A stretch of 64,000 bases of DNA from assembly GCA_037142615.1 (NCBI GenBank), contig JBAXAI010000003.1:64001-128000 (forward strand). The letters run 5' to 3'. This document shows, in pieces, positions 48,674 through 58,569 of this stretch. Each line of letters opens with the position of its first letter. Position 1 is the stretch's first letter. The stretch comes from Spirochaetales bacterium (GTDB taxonomy: Bacteria; Spirochaetota; Spirochaetia; JABEVK01). The notes under the pieces are model-generated. The model saw only the letters and a list, made by a program, of their open reading frames with translations, was not told where the DNA came from and searched no databases. The translations under genes and the position numbers were made by a program.

Positions 48674-50656
48674 CTAATCCCGAAAATTCGGCAGAATTGC
48701 CCCCAGGATCTCGCGGGTGATGGCGTACAGCGGCGGAATGCCCTCTGCGGGCAACAGGGGGGCCGAAAGCCTTTCGCCGGCCTGCAGCGGCACATCGCTG
48801 ACGTAGTAGAAGTACCGCTGGACGACCGCCGGATCGAGCACGCCGAGCTGGATGCAGTCGGTCACTTTGCGCGAATAGTACACCCCTTCCATCTCGAGCC
48901 CAATGCACTTCCACAGGTTGCGGTAAAAGTGCAGCAGCGGGCGGTTTTGCAGCAATGTTCCTTCGACGGTCAGCAGCGGCCCCACGTGAATTTCGCTGCG
49001 TCTCAGCCTTGCGGCCAAACCATCGAGCGGCGGGGGAGCGGGCAAAGGATGGAACGCGTCGTCCGACTGCAGTACAAAGGCCGTCGGCACCAAAATGTCG
49101 CCGCGCTTGCCCACCAGCGAACCGGCCTTGCCGAGCACATTGACGCTGCGGATGTGCTTGTGGAACAAGGTGATGAGGTTGTAAATGATCTCCTCGGCCT
49201 GCTCACCAAACGCATAGTCGATGTTGACCAGGAACTTGCGTGTTCCCTTGTCGTAGCCCAAGGCTGCGGTATCGATCAGTTGCACCGCGATGCCCGTGGT
49301 CGACTGGTCGTCGAGCCGCAAGATTCCCCAGTCGCGCTCGTCTTCCGGCTTGGCCACCCTCTCGGGGTGGGCCACAAAGAAATCAGCCAGCAGGGCGTAG
49401 AGCTTGTCGCGCGGGTTCTCCCACACCGCCGCCAAAAACGGATGCCGGGTGGCCTCGGCCCAAGCGAGCACTTCGGCTTCGAGCCGCCGCGGCCAGGGCG
49501 AAAGGCAGTTGGTCACCGAATGGGTGTTGCTCGACACGATGTGCACTTCCCAGTCGTCCGGGAACTCCCACGGGTCCACGTCGGTCAGGTCCTTGATAGC
49601 GCGGCTGACTTGGTTGGCCCACTTTTCGCTGCGGCGGCTGTTGTAGTTGTTGAGCTGCCGTTCCACCTGAATGGCCAAGTCCTCGTGGTGGAACACGATC
49701 TGCACGAGCCGTTCGAGCATCTTGTTGCCCCACAAGGTCTTCAGGCCGTTGCACTCGGCGTCGCTGAACGGCAGGTCGCCGGCGACTTGCCCAGCATCGC
49801 GCTGCTGCACCAGTTTGAGCAACAGAAGCGGATCGTGGAGCCGACGGCGGATCTTCTGCGCCTCGATAGAGTACAGGCAGAGGTTGGTCAGAAAGTCGAG
49901 GATGTCGGAAAGACCATTGCGGAGCAAAACCATGTTCTTGCCCGGGAGCATTTCCCAAACGTCGCGGCGCCGTGCCACGGTAGCGATCTCGGGAAAAAGC
50001 TCCGACGGTGAGGCATACAGGGCCGGGATGTCGTCGGTGAAGTACCATGCGAAGGTTGTGGTCAGGTTGTCGGGTAGGCGCCGGATGGCGTAGCTGAAGG
50101 CCTCGACGTCGAGAGCGTCGAGGTTGGCCAGCCCGGGGTGTAAGGCCGGCTCGAGCGTGCGGTACAACTCGATCAAGCGAGGCAAGTTGAACCCGCCTTG
50201 CGCCAACGAGCGGGCCACCTCGGCCGAGAAGTCTTCCAGAGGCAAAAAGATGCCGTGTTTGTCGCGCAAGATGGTGCCAAAAGCCTGCGCGAACACGGCG
50301 TTGGCCCGGATAAGCTCCAACAGACGCTCGCCAGCGAGAACCCAGCAACGCACCTTCGTCACAGCCCGCGCTCCGTTGACCCTACGCTGTTGGAGCAGGG
50401 CGGCGCGCTCGCCGAAGTAGTGCCCAGCACGTACCAGGTTGCTCGGCTTTACGAACGGGCTGTCTTGGTAGATCAGCTCCACTTGCCCTTCTTCGAGCAG
50501 GTAGATTCCGGTCGAATCGTCACCCTGAGAAAAGAGATCCTCCAACGGGATGGCCTCGATGCAGTCGAGCTCGGCCGTCAGGCGGTCTTTTTCGGTGGAA
50601 GACAGAAAGCGGAACGGCACGACGAGGTCGAGCAGGCGACGCGGGTTTTTTGTCAT
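48674..50656 (-). CDS. cNMP-binding domain fused to a DUF6909/6938-like (nucleoside-phosphorylase-fold) domain
   Basis: FSQGD..GIYLLEEGQV..GHYFGERAAL..RR..ARAV cNMP motif; IDYAFGEQA, LGKAG, GTLLQN, GLEMEG, YVSD.P. Confidence 0.75.
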   Translation of the reverse strand: MTKNPRRLLDLVVPFRFLSSTEKDRLTAELDCIEAIPLEDLFSQGDDSTGIYLLEEGQVELIYQDSPFVKPSNLVRAGHYFGERAALLQQRRVNGARAVTKVRCWVLAGERLLELIRANAVFAQAFGTILRDKHGIFLPLEDFSAEVARSLAQGGFNLPRLIELYRTLEPALHPGLANLDALDVEAFSYAIRRLPDNLTTTFAWYFTDDIPALYASPSELFPEIATVARRRDVWEMLPGKNMVLLRNGLSDILDFLTNLCLYSIEAQKIRRRLHDPLLLLKLVQQRDAGQVAGDLPFSDAECNGLKTLWGNKMLERLVQIVFHHEDLAIQVERQLNNYNSRRSEKWANQVSRAIKDLTDVDPWEFPDDWEVHIVSSNTHSVTNCLSPWPRRLEAEVLAWAEATRHPFLAAVWENPRDKLYALLADFFVAHPERVAKPEDERDWGILRLDDQSTTGIAVQLIDTAALGYDKGTRKFLVNIDYAFGEQAEEIIYNLITLFHKHIRSVNVLGKAGSLVGKRGDILVPTAFVLQSDDAFHPLPAPPPLDGLAARLRRSEIHVGPLLTVEGTLLQNRPLLHFYRNLWKCIGLEMEGVYYSRKVTDCIQLGVLDPAVVQRYFYYVSDVPLQAGERLSAPLLPAEGIPPLYAITREILGAILPNFRD

Positions 50657-50665
50657 GCCCTCAGT

Positions 50666-51784
50666 CTAGGTGAGGCTCAGAGCTTCGTCGAGGATCTTTC
50701 GGTACACGCTCACCAGGCCGACCAACTTGGCTTCGGCGGGCGTCATCCACTGACCTGCCCAGCCAGCTGGCAGGGGGCCCGAGGTCGGCAAGGTTGGGGC
50801 GGCAGCACCCGGAAGCTGGAACAGCGTAGGACTCAAAAGGTCCTTGTAGCGGGTGTAGGTGTGTACCCGGGCGGTCAGCGGACCAACGGGAACCAACCCA
50901 CGCACTTCTACCGATCCCAGCGGCGGAAAAAGCCAGAGCGTCGAAAAACGCCCCGTCAGAGGCCGTGCCAGCCAGAACTGCAACCCGACGCCAGCCCCTC
51001 GCCGCACCACCGCCACGTTGGTCTGCAGCTCCGTGGTTGTTCGGACGACGGGCTCAGGAATCTCGGCTTGCAAGCCCCGGCGGTTCGCTACGCAAACAAA
51101 AGAAAGGGGACAGACCTCGCACGAGGGCTTTCGGGAGGTGCAGACCAGTTGACCCAACTGCATCAGCGCCTGATTGGCCTCGCGGCTCGACGGGCCCTCC
51201 ACCAAGGCCGCCCAACTTGCACGCCAGGCGGCCTCGGCTTCCTTGGTCCACCGGTGGGTTGCGCCAAGCCGCTGAAAAATCCGCTTCAAGTTGGCGTCGA
51301 GCGTCAGGGCGGGCTGGCCAAAGGCGAAGGCAAGTAGCGCCGACGCCGTGTAGTCGCCAATCCCGGGGAGCTCGCGCAGTTGGTCGTAGGTCGAAGGGAG
51401 CGTGGTTCCACCGCCGGCCACCACCTGCCTGGCAGCCCGGTGCAAGTTGCGGGCGCGGCTGGCGTAGCCCAGGCCCTCCCAAGCTGCAAGCACGTCACTT
51501 TCGTCGGCGGCAGCCAGCGAAGGCAAGTCAGGCCAGCGGGCCATCCAGCGCTCATAAGGGGCAATTCCTGCGCTGACAACGGTTTGCTGGAGCATGATCT
51601 CGCTGATCCAGATGGCGTAAGGGTCGTGTGTGGCCGTCCACGGGAACACCCGGGCATGAGCCCGAAACCAAGCCCGCGCCGCGCCCAACGGCTCGGAGGT
51701 CAGGGGGGTAGGATTCAGGGGTGCAGCACCCACAACGGACGCCCTTGGTGCGGCCCCAGTCCGGTGGCAAAGTCGAGCGCCCAC
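50666..51784 (-). CDS. mutY: A/G-specific adenine glycosylase (start uncertain)
   Basis: DPYAIWISEIMLQQT, WEGLGY.SRARNL, LPGIGDYTA, C....P.C..CPL...C Fe-S motif. Confidence 0.9.
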   Translation of the reverse strand: MGARLCHRTGAAPRASVVGAAPLNPTPLTSEPLGAARAWFRAHARVFPWTATHDPYAIWISEIMLQQTVVSAGIAPYERWMARWPDLPSLAAADESDVLAAWEGLGYASRARNLHRAARQVVAGGGTTLPSTYDQLRELPGIGDYTASALLAFAFGQPALTLDANLKRIFQRLGATHRWTKEAEAAWRASWAALVEGPSSREANQALMQLGQLVCTSRKPSCEVCPLSFVCVANRRGLQAEIPEPVVRTTTELQTNVAVVRRGAGVGLQFWLARPLTGRFSTLWLFPPLGSVEVRGLVPVGPLTARVHTYTRYKDLLSPTLFQLPGAAAPTLPTSGPLPAGWAGQWMTPAEAKLVGLVSVYRKILDEALSLT

Positions 51785-52188
51785 AGGCTGGGTGTGTGGA
51801 ACTCAACGGTGTCCTTGAACGCCTCGGCAAGCAGCCACCGGGTCAGCTCGCTGACAAACGGGTTGTGCGAATACACAACGGCCGAGGTGACGCCCTGCGC
51901 CTCCCACTCCCGCAACTCTTTTACCAGGTCTGCGGGGTACGCGTCGGGCGTCAGGGACTGCGACTCAAGGCTCACCGAAGCCGGGATCGCGGCAGCAAAG
52001 AGCTCGGCAGTCTGCCTGGCACGCAGGTACGGTGAACTCATCGCTACCCCTGCCGAAAACCCTTTGGCCTGCACCCGCGGTAACAGAGTCAGAATGCGCT
52101 CACGGCCCAGGGGCGAAAGCGCGCGGAACCGGTCGCCGTCAGGATGGCTTTCGACGGCCTTTCCGTGGCGGACTATCAGCAATTGCAT
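51715..52188 (-). CDS. sixA: SixA-like phosphohistidine phosphatase
   Basis: LIVRHGKA, SSPYLRARQTA, SHNP. Confidence 0.85.
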   Translation of the reverse strand: MQLLIVRHGKAVESHPDGDRFRALSPLGRERILTLLPRVQAKGFSAGVAMSSPYLRARQTAELFAAAIPASVSLESQSLTPDAYPADLVKELREWEAQGVTSAVVYSHNPFVSELTRWLLAEAFKDTVEFHTPSLWALDFATGLGPHQGRPLWVLHP

Positions 52189-53723
52189 CAGCGGCCGTAG
52201 AGTTGGGTCATACTGCCGTATTTTTCGGCCAGTTCGGGCTTCAATTCGTTGTCGGCCAAGCGCCAGCACCAGTTACCGCCCAAAGTGGAAGGCGTGTTCA
52301 TGCGCGCCCAACTCGGCAGATTCAGCAGATCCTGCATCGGAATGATGGCGTAAACGGCGGTCGAACTGATGGCCGCGCGGATGAAACCCCAGGCCACGTC
52401 TTCCAGGTGTCCATCGACGTATTCGAGCGAGTAGGCCTGGTCGACAGGGGTGGCCGACTCGTACCAACCACGCGCGGTGTCGTTGTCGTGGCTGCCGGTG
52501 TAGACCACGCAGTTGGAATGGTAGTTGTGGGGGAGAAAGCCGTTTTCCCCGTTGGCGCCGGCTTCGGCCGAGTCGAAGGCGAACTGCAAAATCTTCATGC
52601 CAGGGAACTCGAAGTCATCGCGCAACTTCTCCACTTCGGGGGTGATGACGCCTAGGTCTTCGGCCAAAATAGGAAGTCGGCCCAGTTTGGCGCGGATGGT
52701 TTCGAAGAGTTCGGTGCCGGGAGCTTTGACCCAACGGCCGCCGATGGCGTTTTCGGCCCTGCCGGGGACTTCCCAGTAGGCTTCGAACCCGCGGAAATGG
52801 TCGATACGGATGATGTCGACGAGCTTGAGCGTAGCCTGAATGCGGGCCAGCCACCAATTGAAGTCGTCTTTCTTCATCTCGTCCCAGTTGTAGAGCGGGT
52901 TGCCCCACAGCTGGCCCGTGGCCGAAAAGTAGTCCGGAGGCACACCTGCCACCACCAAGGGCTGGCCGTGGTCGTCGAGTTGGAAGAACCGCCGGTTGGC
53001 CCAAACGTCCACCGAGTCGGCGGCCACAAAAATGGGAATGTCACCGATGATCTGGATGCCCTTGCCGTTGGCGTAGGCCTTGAGCGCGAGCCACTGGCGG
53101 AAGAACCAGAACTGCAACACTTTCTTGACAGCGATCGCCTCGCTGAGTTTGGTGCGCCACCGGGCCAAGGCCTCGGGCTCGCGCAGGCGGATGTCGAGGT
53201 CCCAGTAGTTGCTCCACATTTTGCCCATCAGCCCGTCGGCGTCGGCCTTCTTTTGATACTCTTCCTTGATGGCCATGAAGAGGGTGAAATCTTCGAGCCA
53301 ACTGCCTTCGGTGCGGCAAAAGGTGTCGAAAGCGGTCATCTGCTCGCCCTTGGCGTTCTTGAGGAAGTTGTGGGCCGCCTTGTCGAGGAGCGGCAGCTTC
53401 CAATACACCACCCAGCCGTAGTCGATCTTCACGGGGTCAAAAGCGGGAACCTCGCCCAGCTCGGCCTTCGACAGCCAACCGTCGGCGAGCAGGGTTTCCA
53501 GGCTGATCAGCAGGGGGTTGCCGGCAAAGGTGGAAAACGAGGCGTAGGGCGAGTCGCCGTAGCCGGTGGGCCCAAGGGGCAACACTTGCCAGAGCTTTTG
53601 CCGCGCCTGCGCCAAAAAGTCGACAAAGGCGAAAGCGTTCTTGCCCAAGTCGCCGATGCCGTGGGGTCCGGGCAACGAGGTGGGGTGCAGCAGTACCCCG
53701 GCTTCGCGTCGTTTCTTGCTCAT
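52188..53723 (-). CDS. malQ: 4-alpha-glucanotransferase (GH77)
   Basis: GVLLHPTSLPG, GDIPIFV, AGVPPDYFS.TGQLWGNP, RIDHFRG, AEDLG, YTGSHDN. Confidence 0.96.
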   Translation of the reverse strand: MSKKRREAGVLLHPTSLPGPHGIGDLGKNAFAFVDFLAQARQKLWQVLPLGPTGYGDSPYASFSTFAGNPLLISLETLLADGWLSKAELGEVPAFDPVKIDYGWVVYWKLPLLDKAAHNFLKNAKGEQMTAFDTFCRTEGSWLEDFTLFMAIKEEYQKKADADGLMGKMWSNYWDLDIRLREPEALARWRTKLSEAIAVKKVLQFWFFRQWLALKAYANGKGIQIIGDIPIFVAADSVDVWANRRFFQLDDHGQPLVVAGVPPDYFSATGQLWGNPLYNWDEMKKDDFNWWLARIQATLKLVDIIRIDHFRGFEAYWEVPGRAENAIGGRWVKAPGTELFETIRAKLGRLPILAEDLGVITPEVEKLRDDFEFPGMKILQFAFDSAEAGANGENGFLPHNYHSNCVVYTGSHDNDTARGWYESATPVDQAYSLEYVDGHLEDVAWGFIRAAISSTAVYAIIPMQDLLNLPSWARMNTPSTLGGNWCWRLADNELKPELAEKYGSMTQLYGR

Positions 53724-53736
53724 GAGAGTCTCCTTG

Positions 53737-54222
53737 TTACTTGCCGTGGCAGACTTTGTACTTTTTTCCGCTTCCGCAGGGGCAGGGCTCGTTGCGGCCC
53801 ACCTTGGGGGTGTCGCGCACGATGCGCGTCGGTACGACGGTGCCCTTGTCGTAGAACCACTGACCGTTGGTCTTCTTGAACTCCGCGAGCTCGTGGTACT
53901 CCTCTTTCAGGCCCTTGCTCGAGTAGTTGGCAACGAAGTCGACCTTGCCCCAATCGTCGTTCGGGCCGCCCTTTTCCTTGCCGAGAATCTTGAGACCGAG
54001 CCAGGTCGATTCCAGGCTCCACTTGCGGGTTTCTTCGATCGACACCTCATCGCGGTCGTCGCGCTCGTGGGTCTTTTCGATGAAGTCGATTTCGCCCTTG
54101 ACGTACGAGGTGTACCGGGCGCGCATGAGCGTCTCGGCGGTGGGAGCATCCTTGGTTCCCTTGATGAACGGCTCGCAACAGGCGCTATAGGCCAAACCCG
54201 AACCACACGGACATTTTTCCAA
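53737..54222 (-). CDS. YchJ/SEC-C motif protein
   Basis: CPCGSG...[31 protein letters not shown]; TTG start after SD GGAGG. Confidence 0.9.
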   Translation of the reverse strand: MEKCPCGSGLAYSACCEPFIKGTKDAPTAETLMRARYTSYVKGEIDFIEKTHERDDRDEVSIEETRKWSLESTWLGLKILGKEKGGPNDDWGKVDFVANYSSKGLKEEYHELAEFKKTNGQWFYDKGTVVPTRIVRDTPKVGRNEPCPCGSGKKYKVCHGK

Positions 54223-54294
54223 ACTGAGCTCCTCCCGAAGACGGCTCTCATTATACAAGCCACAACAGGGTTGGCAAGGAGAATTTATACCGGT

Positions 54295-56049
54295 TTAACC
54301 ACGGGTGGCACCACGCTCCAACTGACCTTGATTGCGCCCTGCCTGCTTGGCCTGGTACATGAGCCGGTCGGCGGCGTTGAGCACATCCTGTGCATTTTCG
54401 TGCAGCGAAGCCTGGGCGACGCCGTAGCTGAAGGTGAGCGGCGGCTCTCCACTGCCGAACTTCACCGGGGTAGCCTGCAACGTCAGGCGGATCTTTTCGA
54501 GCACGATCCCCGCCTCGGTGGCCGAGATCCCTGGCAACAGAAGGCAGAACTCTTCCCCACCGTAGCGACTGACAGAGTCTGATTTCCGCACGCTTTTTTG
54601 CAACAGTTCCGACACCATCAACAGGGCCTCGTCACCAGCGGAGTGGCCAAACCGGTCGTTCACGGCCTTGAAGTGGTCAATGTCGACCATGGCCAGGCTG
54701 AAGTCTTGGGTGTAGCGAAGCCAGCGTTCCCATTCCTGCGTTAGCAGAGTCCAAAAATACCGGCGGTTCATCAAACCCGTCAGCGAATCGCTGCGCGACT
54801 GGATCTCGAGGTCCCGCGTGCGCTCTACCACCCGCAGTTCGAGCGTGTCGTTCAACTCTTCGACCCGGCGGAAGCTTCGCGAAAGCACGCCGCCCATCAC
54901 CAGAGTCTGGGTAAACAGGAAGATGAACAACCCGAGGTTGAGCGAGTAGAAGGTGACAATCAGCTTGTTGTCGTGCAGAACATCGTTGGCCGCCGAGGCG
55001 AAAATCACCAGAAACCCGAGCAACATGAGGCCAGCGCCGAGTTTTCGGTTCCGGAGCGCAAGAATCAGGATACCCAGGAAGTACGTGCAGCAAACGAGAA
55101 TGACGATCTGATACGGCCAGAACCAGGCCTGCAGGTAGTACGGCGACGTCACGAGGCACACAATTCCCTGCACAAAAGCCATGGTTCCCAAAAGCGTCAT
55201 CAGCACGCGATACCGTGCCACGGGAAACATCGCCTGCATGTAGGACGAAAACACAATGGGCAGCAAGATCGTATCGAGGTAGGCCAAGCGAAGGCCTAAC
55301 ACCTGGTCAAAGCCCGGCCACTCGGCGGCCAGCAATTGCTCACCCGACAGGCTGGCTTTCAGGCTCGAAAGCAGACAGAAGATCCCAAAATACAGGGGTG
55401 CCCGGTCCCTGGTGCGAAAAAAGAACAACGCCAGGTGGTAGAGCCCCATCATGACGACCGCGCCGATCAGCAGGGTTTCGCCAAGCCGTCCGGTGGCGGC
55501 GGCGTCTTCCACTGCGGTGTGGGGCCCGGCAAGGACCGGGAGCCACAGCCCACCCGACGCGAGGATGTGATTGTCGACCGATACCGTCAGGAGGGTTTCG
55601 GAGCTCTGGGGCGTCCACGTGTACACTTGGGGGACGAAGTTGAGGCCAGTCGCGCCCCAAGAGCCTAATTCGAGCTTGTCGGCCCAGAGTTGGGCGTGTG
55701 AGTTGATGCCCTTGAACTGCACCGCGTACAGCTGGCCCGGGGTCAACCCGGTCAGTCGCACCTGATACACACCGCGGCCCAGGGTCGGGGCAATGCTGTC
55801 CCAAATGCCCGGCACCTGCAGGGCCATCGACCCGGGAGAGTTCCACAGCAGTTCGGGGTCCTTGATTCCAGACCCCACGGGCTCAAACTGCTGACCGGGG
55901 AAATAGCGCCAGAGGCCGTCCAAACGGACAGCAGTGGCCCCAAGAGAAGCCTGGGCGTCCTTCTCGAGAAGCGAAACTGCCGGAGTGCACGAGGCCAACA
56001 TCAAAATAGCTGCGAGAAGTCCGCCTGCAGACCCCGAACTGAGCCTCAT
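54295..56049 (-). CDS. 7TM-DISM sensor diguanylate cyclase
   Basis: LDGLWRY beta-sandwich, 7TM region, DIDHFK, RYGGEEF. Confidence 0.9.
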   Translation of the reverse strand: MRLSSGSAGGLLAAILMLASCTPAVSLLEKDAQASLGATAVRLDGLWRYFPGQQFEPVGSGIKDPELLWNSPGSMALQVPGIWDSIAPTLGRGVYQVRLTGLTPGQLYAVQFKGINSHAQLWADKLELGSWGATGLNFVPQVYTWTPQSSETLLTVSVDNHILASGGLWLPVLAGPHTAVEDAAATGRLGETLLIGAVVMMGLYHLALFFFRTRDRAPLYFGIFCLLSSLKASLSGEQLLAAEWPGFDQVLGLRLAYLDTILLPIVFSSYMQAMFPVARYRVLMTLLGTMAFVQGIVCLVTSPYYLQAWFWPYQIVILVCCTYFLGILILALRNRKLGAGLMLLGFLVIFASAANDVLHDNKLIVTFYSLNLGLFIFLFTQTLVMGGVLSRSFRRVEELNDTLELRVVERTRDLEIQSRSDSLTGLMNRRYFWTLLTQEWERWLRYTQDFSLAMVDIDHFKAVNDRFGHSAGDEALLMVSELLQKSVRKSDSVSRYGGEEFCLLLPGISATEAGIVLEKIRLTLQATPVKFGSGEPPLTFSYGVAQASLHENAQDVLNAADRLMYQAKQAGRNQGQLERGATRG

Positions 56050-56062
56050 AATTGAACGGTCT

Positions 56063-56302
56063 CTAGATGCCCATGTTCGCGAGGTAGTTGCTGAAGGTGT
56101 TGACGGTGAGGGTCAGTTGAGGGTGCCGGGTTTCAAAGGTCTCAACGGCTTCCCGGATTCCCGGCGTGTGGTGCACCGAAAGCTCGGCAACCTCGTTCTT
56201 CAGGTGGGCGAGAAGGGCTTCCAGTTCGCCTTGTTGCTCGGGGCTCAGGGAAGTGGCAGCGCGGATGCGGGCTTCCAGATCGTGGACGGTTTGGTCGATC
56301 AT
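56063..56302 (-). CDS. DUF4404-like small helical protein
   Basis: AVETFETRHPQL....N..SNYLANMGI. Confidence 0.75.
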   Translation of the reverse strand: MIDQTVHDLEARIRAATSLSPEQQGELEALLAHLKNEVAELSVHHTPGIREAVETFETRHPQLTLTVNTFSNYLANMGI

Positions 56303-56338
56303 CGTGTGACCCCCTGCCCTGAGTATGATTCAGAAGCC

Positions 56339-57328
56339 TCAGGAAAGAAAGACCGTCGCCAAACTGAAGTACACCAGAATCGTGCTGATGTCGGTCAACG
56401 CCAGCACGAGGGGCCCTGCCGCGATCTTGGGCTCCACGTGGAGCGCTTTCAGCACCCACGGCAAGACAAGCCCGATGAGGCAGGCGCTGACAATCGACGT
56501 CGAAATGGCCCCGAAAATCACCAGCGAAACGGCGAAACGGGGCTCAAGGAGGTAGCTCAAGGCACCAACCGCCAGCCCGATGGGCAAGCCCAGCAGGAGG
56601 GCGGTGACAAGCTCGCGCCCGAAAAGCAGGGCATAGCGTTTGCGTTCCCGGGGCGGCTTGTGAAGTTCCTGAAAACTGAAGGTCATGCTCTGGATGCTGA
56701 TACTTTCACCCAAGGCCAGAACCAGCGCGATGAAAAAAGAAAGGATAAGGTTCCTCTCGAGGGTGCCGGCAAAACGGCTCGACAACCAGGCGCACAGAAA
56801 CCCGCTGGCCACCGTGGGCAAAAGCCACGGGAAGCGCGTGCGAAAGATGTCGATCAGCGTGCCCGAACGAAGGGACTCAAGGCGCACACCGATGGTTTGG
56901 AACATTTCTTCCACCAGCGTCTTGTCGCCGTGGTCGAGCGACTCGCCGGCCAAGGCCTGAAGATCGAGCACGCCGGCGATGGTGCCGTCGTCGTTGACCG
57001 CCGGCAGGGCGAGGAACTTGTGGTTCGCAAAGGCCCGGGCCGCAGCTTCCATGGTGGCATCGTCGCGAACGGTCACCAGGTTGCCGATCGCCAGGTCGGC
57101 CAGCAACTTTTGCGGCGCGGCGTGGAGCAACCGCCGCACAGGAATCACTCCGACGAGTCGGCCCTCGTCATCGACCGTGTAGTAATAGGACACCTGGCGA
57201 TCGTCGCCCAAGCGGCGGATGTGCTCCAGGGCGAACCCGGTGGTCCAGCTTTGATCCAGAGCAAGGAACTCGGCGTGAAGATGGTTCCGCACGATGTCGG
57301 TCAGCGGCGAAGCGGGGCGTTTTGCCAT
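56339..57328 (-). CDS. mgtE: MgtE-family Mg2+ transporter (CBS pair + membrane domain)
   Basis: YYYTVDDEGRLVG, RFPWL, PKIAAGPLVLALTD. Confidence 0.85.
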   Translation of the reverse strand: MAKRPASPLTDIVRNHLHAEFLALDQSWTTGFALEHIRRLGDDRQVSYYYTVDDEGRLVGVIPVRRLLHAAPQKLLADLAIGNLVTVRDDATMEAAARAFANHKFLALPAVNDDGTIAGVLDLQALAGESLDHGDKTLVEEMFQTIGVRLESLRSGTLIDIFRTRFPWLLPTVASGFLCAWLSSRFAGTLERNLILSFFIALVLALGESISIQSMTFSFQELHKPPRERKRYALLFGRELVTALLLGLPIGLAVGALSYLLEPRFAVSLVIFGAISTSIVSACLIGLVLPWVLKALHVEPKIAAGPLVLALTDISTILVYFSLATVFLS

Positions 57329-57369
57329 GGCACCAAGATAGAAAAAATCGCCCTGTGGTACAATGCCGC

Positions 57370-58569
57370 ATGCGACCCGGCGAAACCTTTCCGTTTTTCA
57401 CCCCCTGCGTTCCCGGGCTTGAGCCGTGGCTGAAGTACGAGCTCAACACGCTGGGCATCAAGCCGTTTGCCGAGGACGGTGGCTTCTTTTGGAGGGGCAC
57501 GTGGCGTGACCTGCACCGGGCCAGCCTGATGCTGCGTTCCGCGGGGCGCATTTTGGTACGCATGAAGCAGTTCACGGCCCTCACGTTCGCGGAGTTTGAG
57601 GCCGAGGCGACCGCGTTGCCGTGGCATTGGTTTGTCGGGGCCAAGGGCACCAGCCTGCCGCGTGCGTTCAAGTTCAAAATCACCTGCACCAAGAGCAAGC
57701 TCTACCACGAAGACGCGCTGGCCGAACGCTTGGCGCGCTGGATCACCGAAGCAACCGGAGCCCAGTGGTTCCCCGGGGCCAGCGACAGCGACGCGCAGAT
57801 TTTTGTGGTGCGGGGCTTTCACGACAAGTTCATCATCAGCGCCGACAGCACCGGCGACCATTTGCACCGCCGCGGCTACCGGCAAGAGATCAGCAAGGCC
57901 CCGCTGCGCGAGACCATCGCCGCCAGCCTCTTGTTTGCCTCGGGCTGGGTGGCCGCCGTCGAGGAAGGTTTGGGTCGCGGCGCGGCGGTAAGGCTCAAGG
58001 CGCCTACCCTCCCGCTGCTCGACCCGTTTTGCGGCTCGGGCACCATCGTCACCGAAGCGGCCCTCATTGCGCGCAAGATTCCGCCGGCCCTGGCCAACCC
58101 GAAGCAGGAGCCGCGCCCGTTTGCCTTTCAGCGCTGGGACAGCTACGAACCCGACGAGTTCGCCAAGACGGTCAACAGCTTCCGGAGCCATATTTTGGAG
58201 CGCTCCCCGGTGGAACTTCGGGGAAGCGACCGCGACGAGGGCGCCATCAAGGCCGCCCGGGCCAACGCGCGCCGAGCCGGGGTCGCCGACGACGCGCTTT
58301 TTGAGCGCCACGCCCTCAGCGACGCGGACTTTCCACAGCCCGGCTTCGTGGTTACCAATCCTCCGTTCGGCGTCAGGGTGAGCGAGGGGACAGACCTCCG
58401 CGACTTGTACGCGGTGTTCGGCCGCAAGGTTCGCGAGGCACCGCAGACCCAGGTCGGCTGGCTGTGCTCCGATTCTTCGTGGAAAAACGCGACCGGCGAA
58501 GCGTGGCGCGAAAGCGCGCGGTTCCCCAACGGCGGGCTCGATCTGCGCATCCTTGGAAAAGTATTGTGA
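57370..58569 (+). CDS. THUMP/RlmL-like RNA methyltransferase
   Basis: LHRRGYR, APLRETIAA, DPFCGSGT, TNPPFG. Confidence 0.88.
   Translation: MRPGETFPFFTPCVPGLEPWLKYELNTLGIKPFAEDGGFFWRGTWRDLHRASLMLRSAGRILVRMKQFTALTFAEFEAEATALPWHWFVGAKGTSLPRAFKFKITCTKSKLYHEDALAERLARWITEATGAQWFPGASDSDAQIFVVRGFHDKFIISADSTGDHLHRRGYRQEISKAPLRETIAASLLFASGWVAAVEEGLGRGAAVRLKAPTLPLLDPFCGSGTIVTEAALIARKIPPALANPKQEPRPFAFQRWDSYEPDEFAKTVNSFRSHILERSPVELRGSDRDEGAIKAARANARRAGVADDALFERHALSDADFPQPGFVVTNPPFGVRVSEGTDLRDLYAVFGRKVREAPQTQVGWLCSDSSWKNATGEAWRESARFPNGGLDLRILGKVL

Noticed and set aside
57329-57369. Mg2+ riboswitch upstream of mgtE
   Set aside because: Only 41 nt separate the divergent starts and both genes look leaderless.
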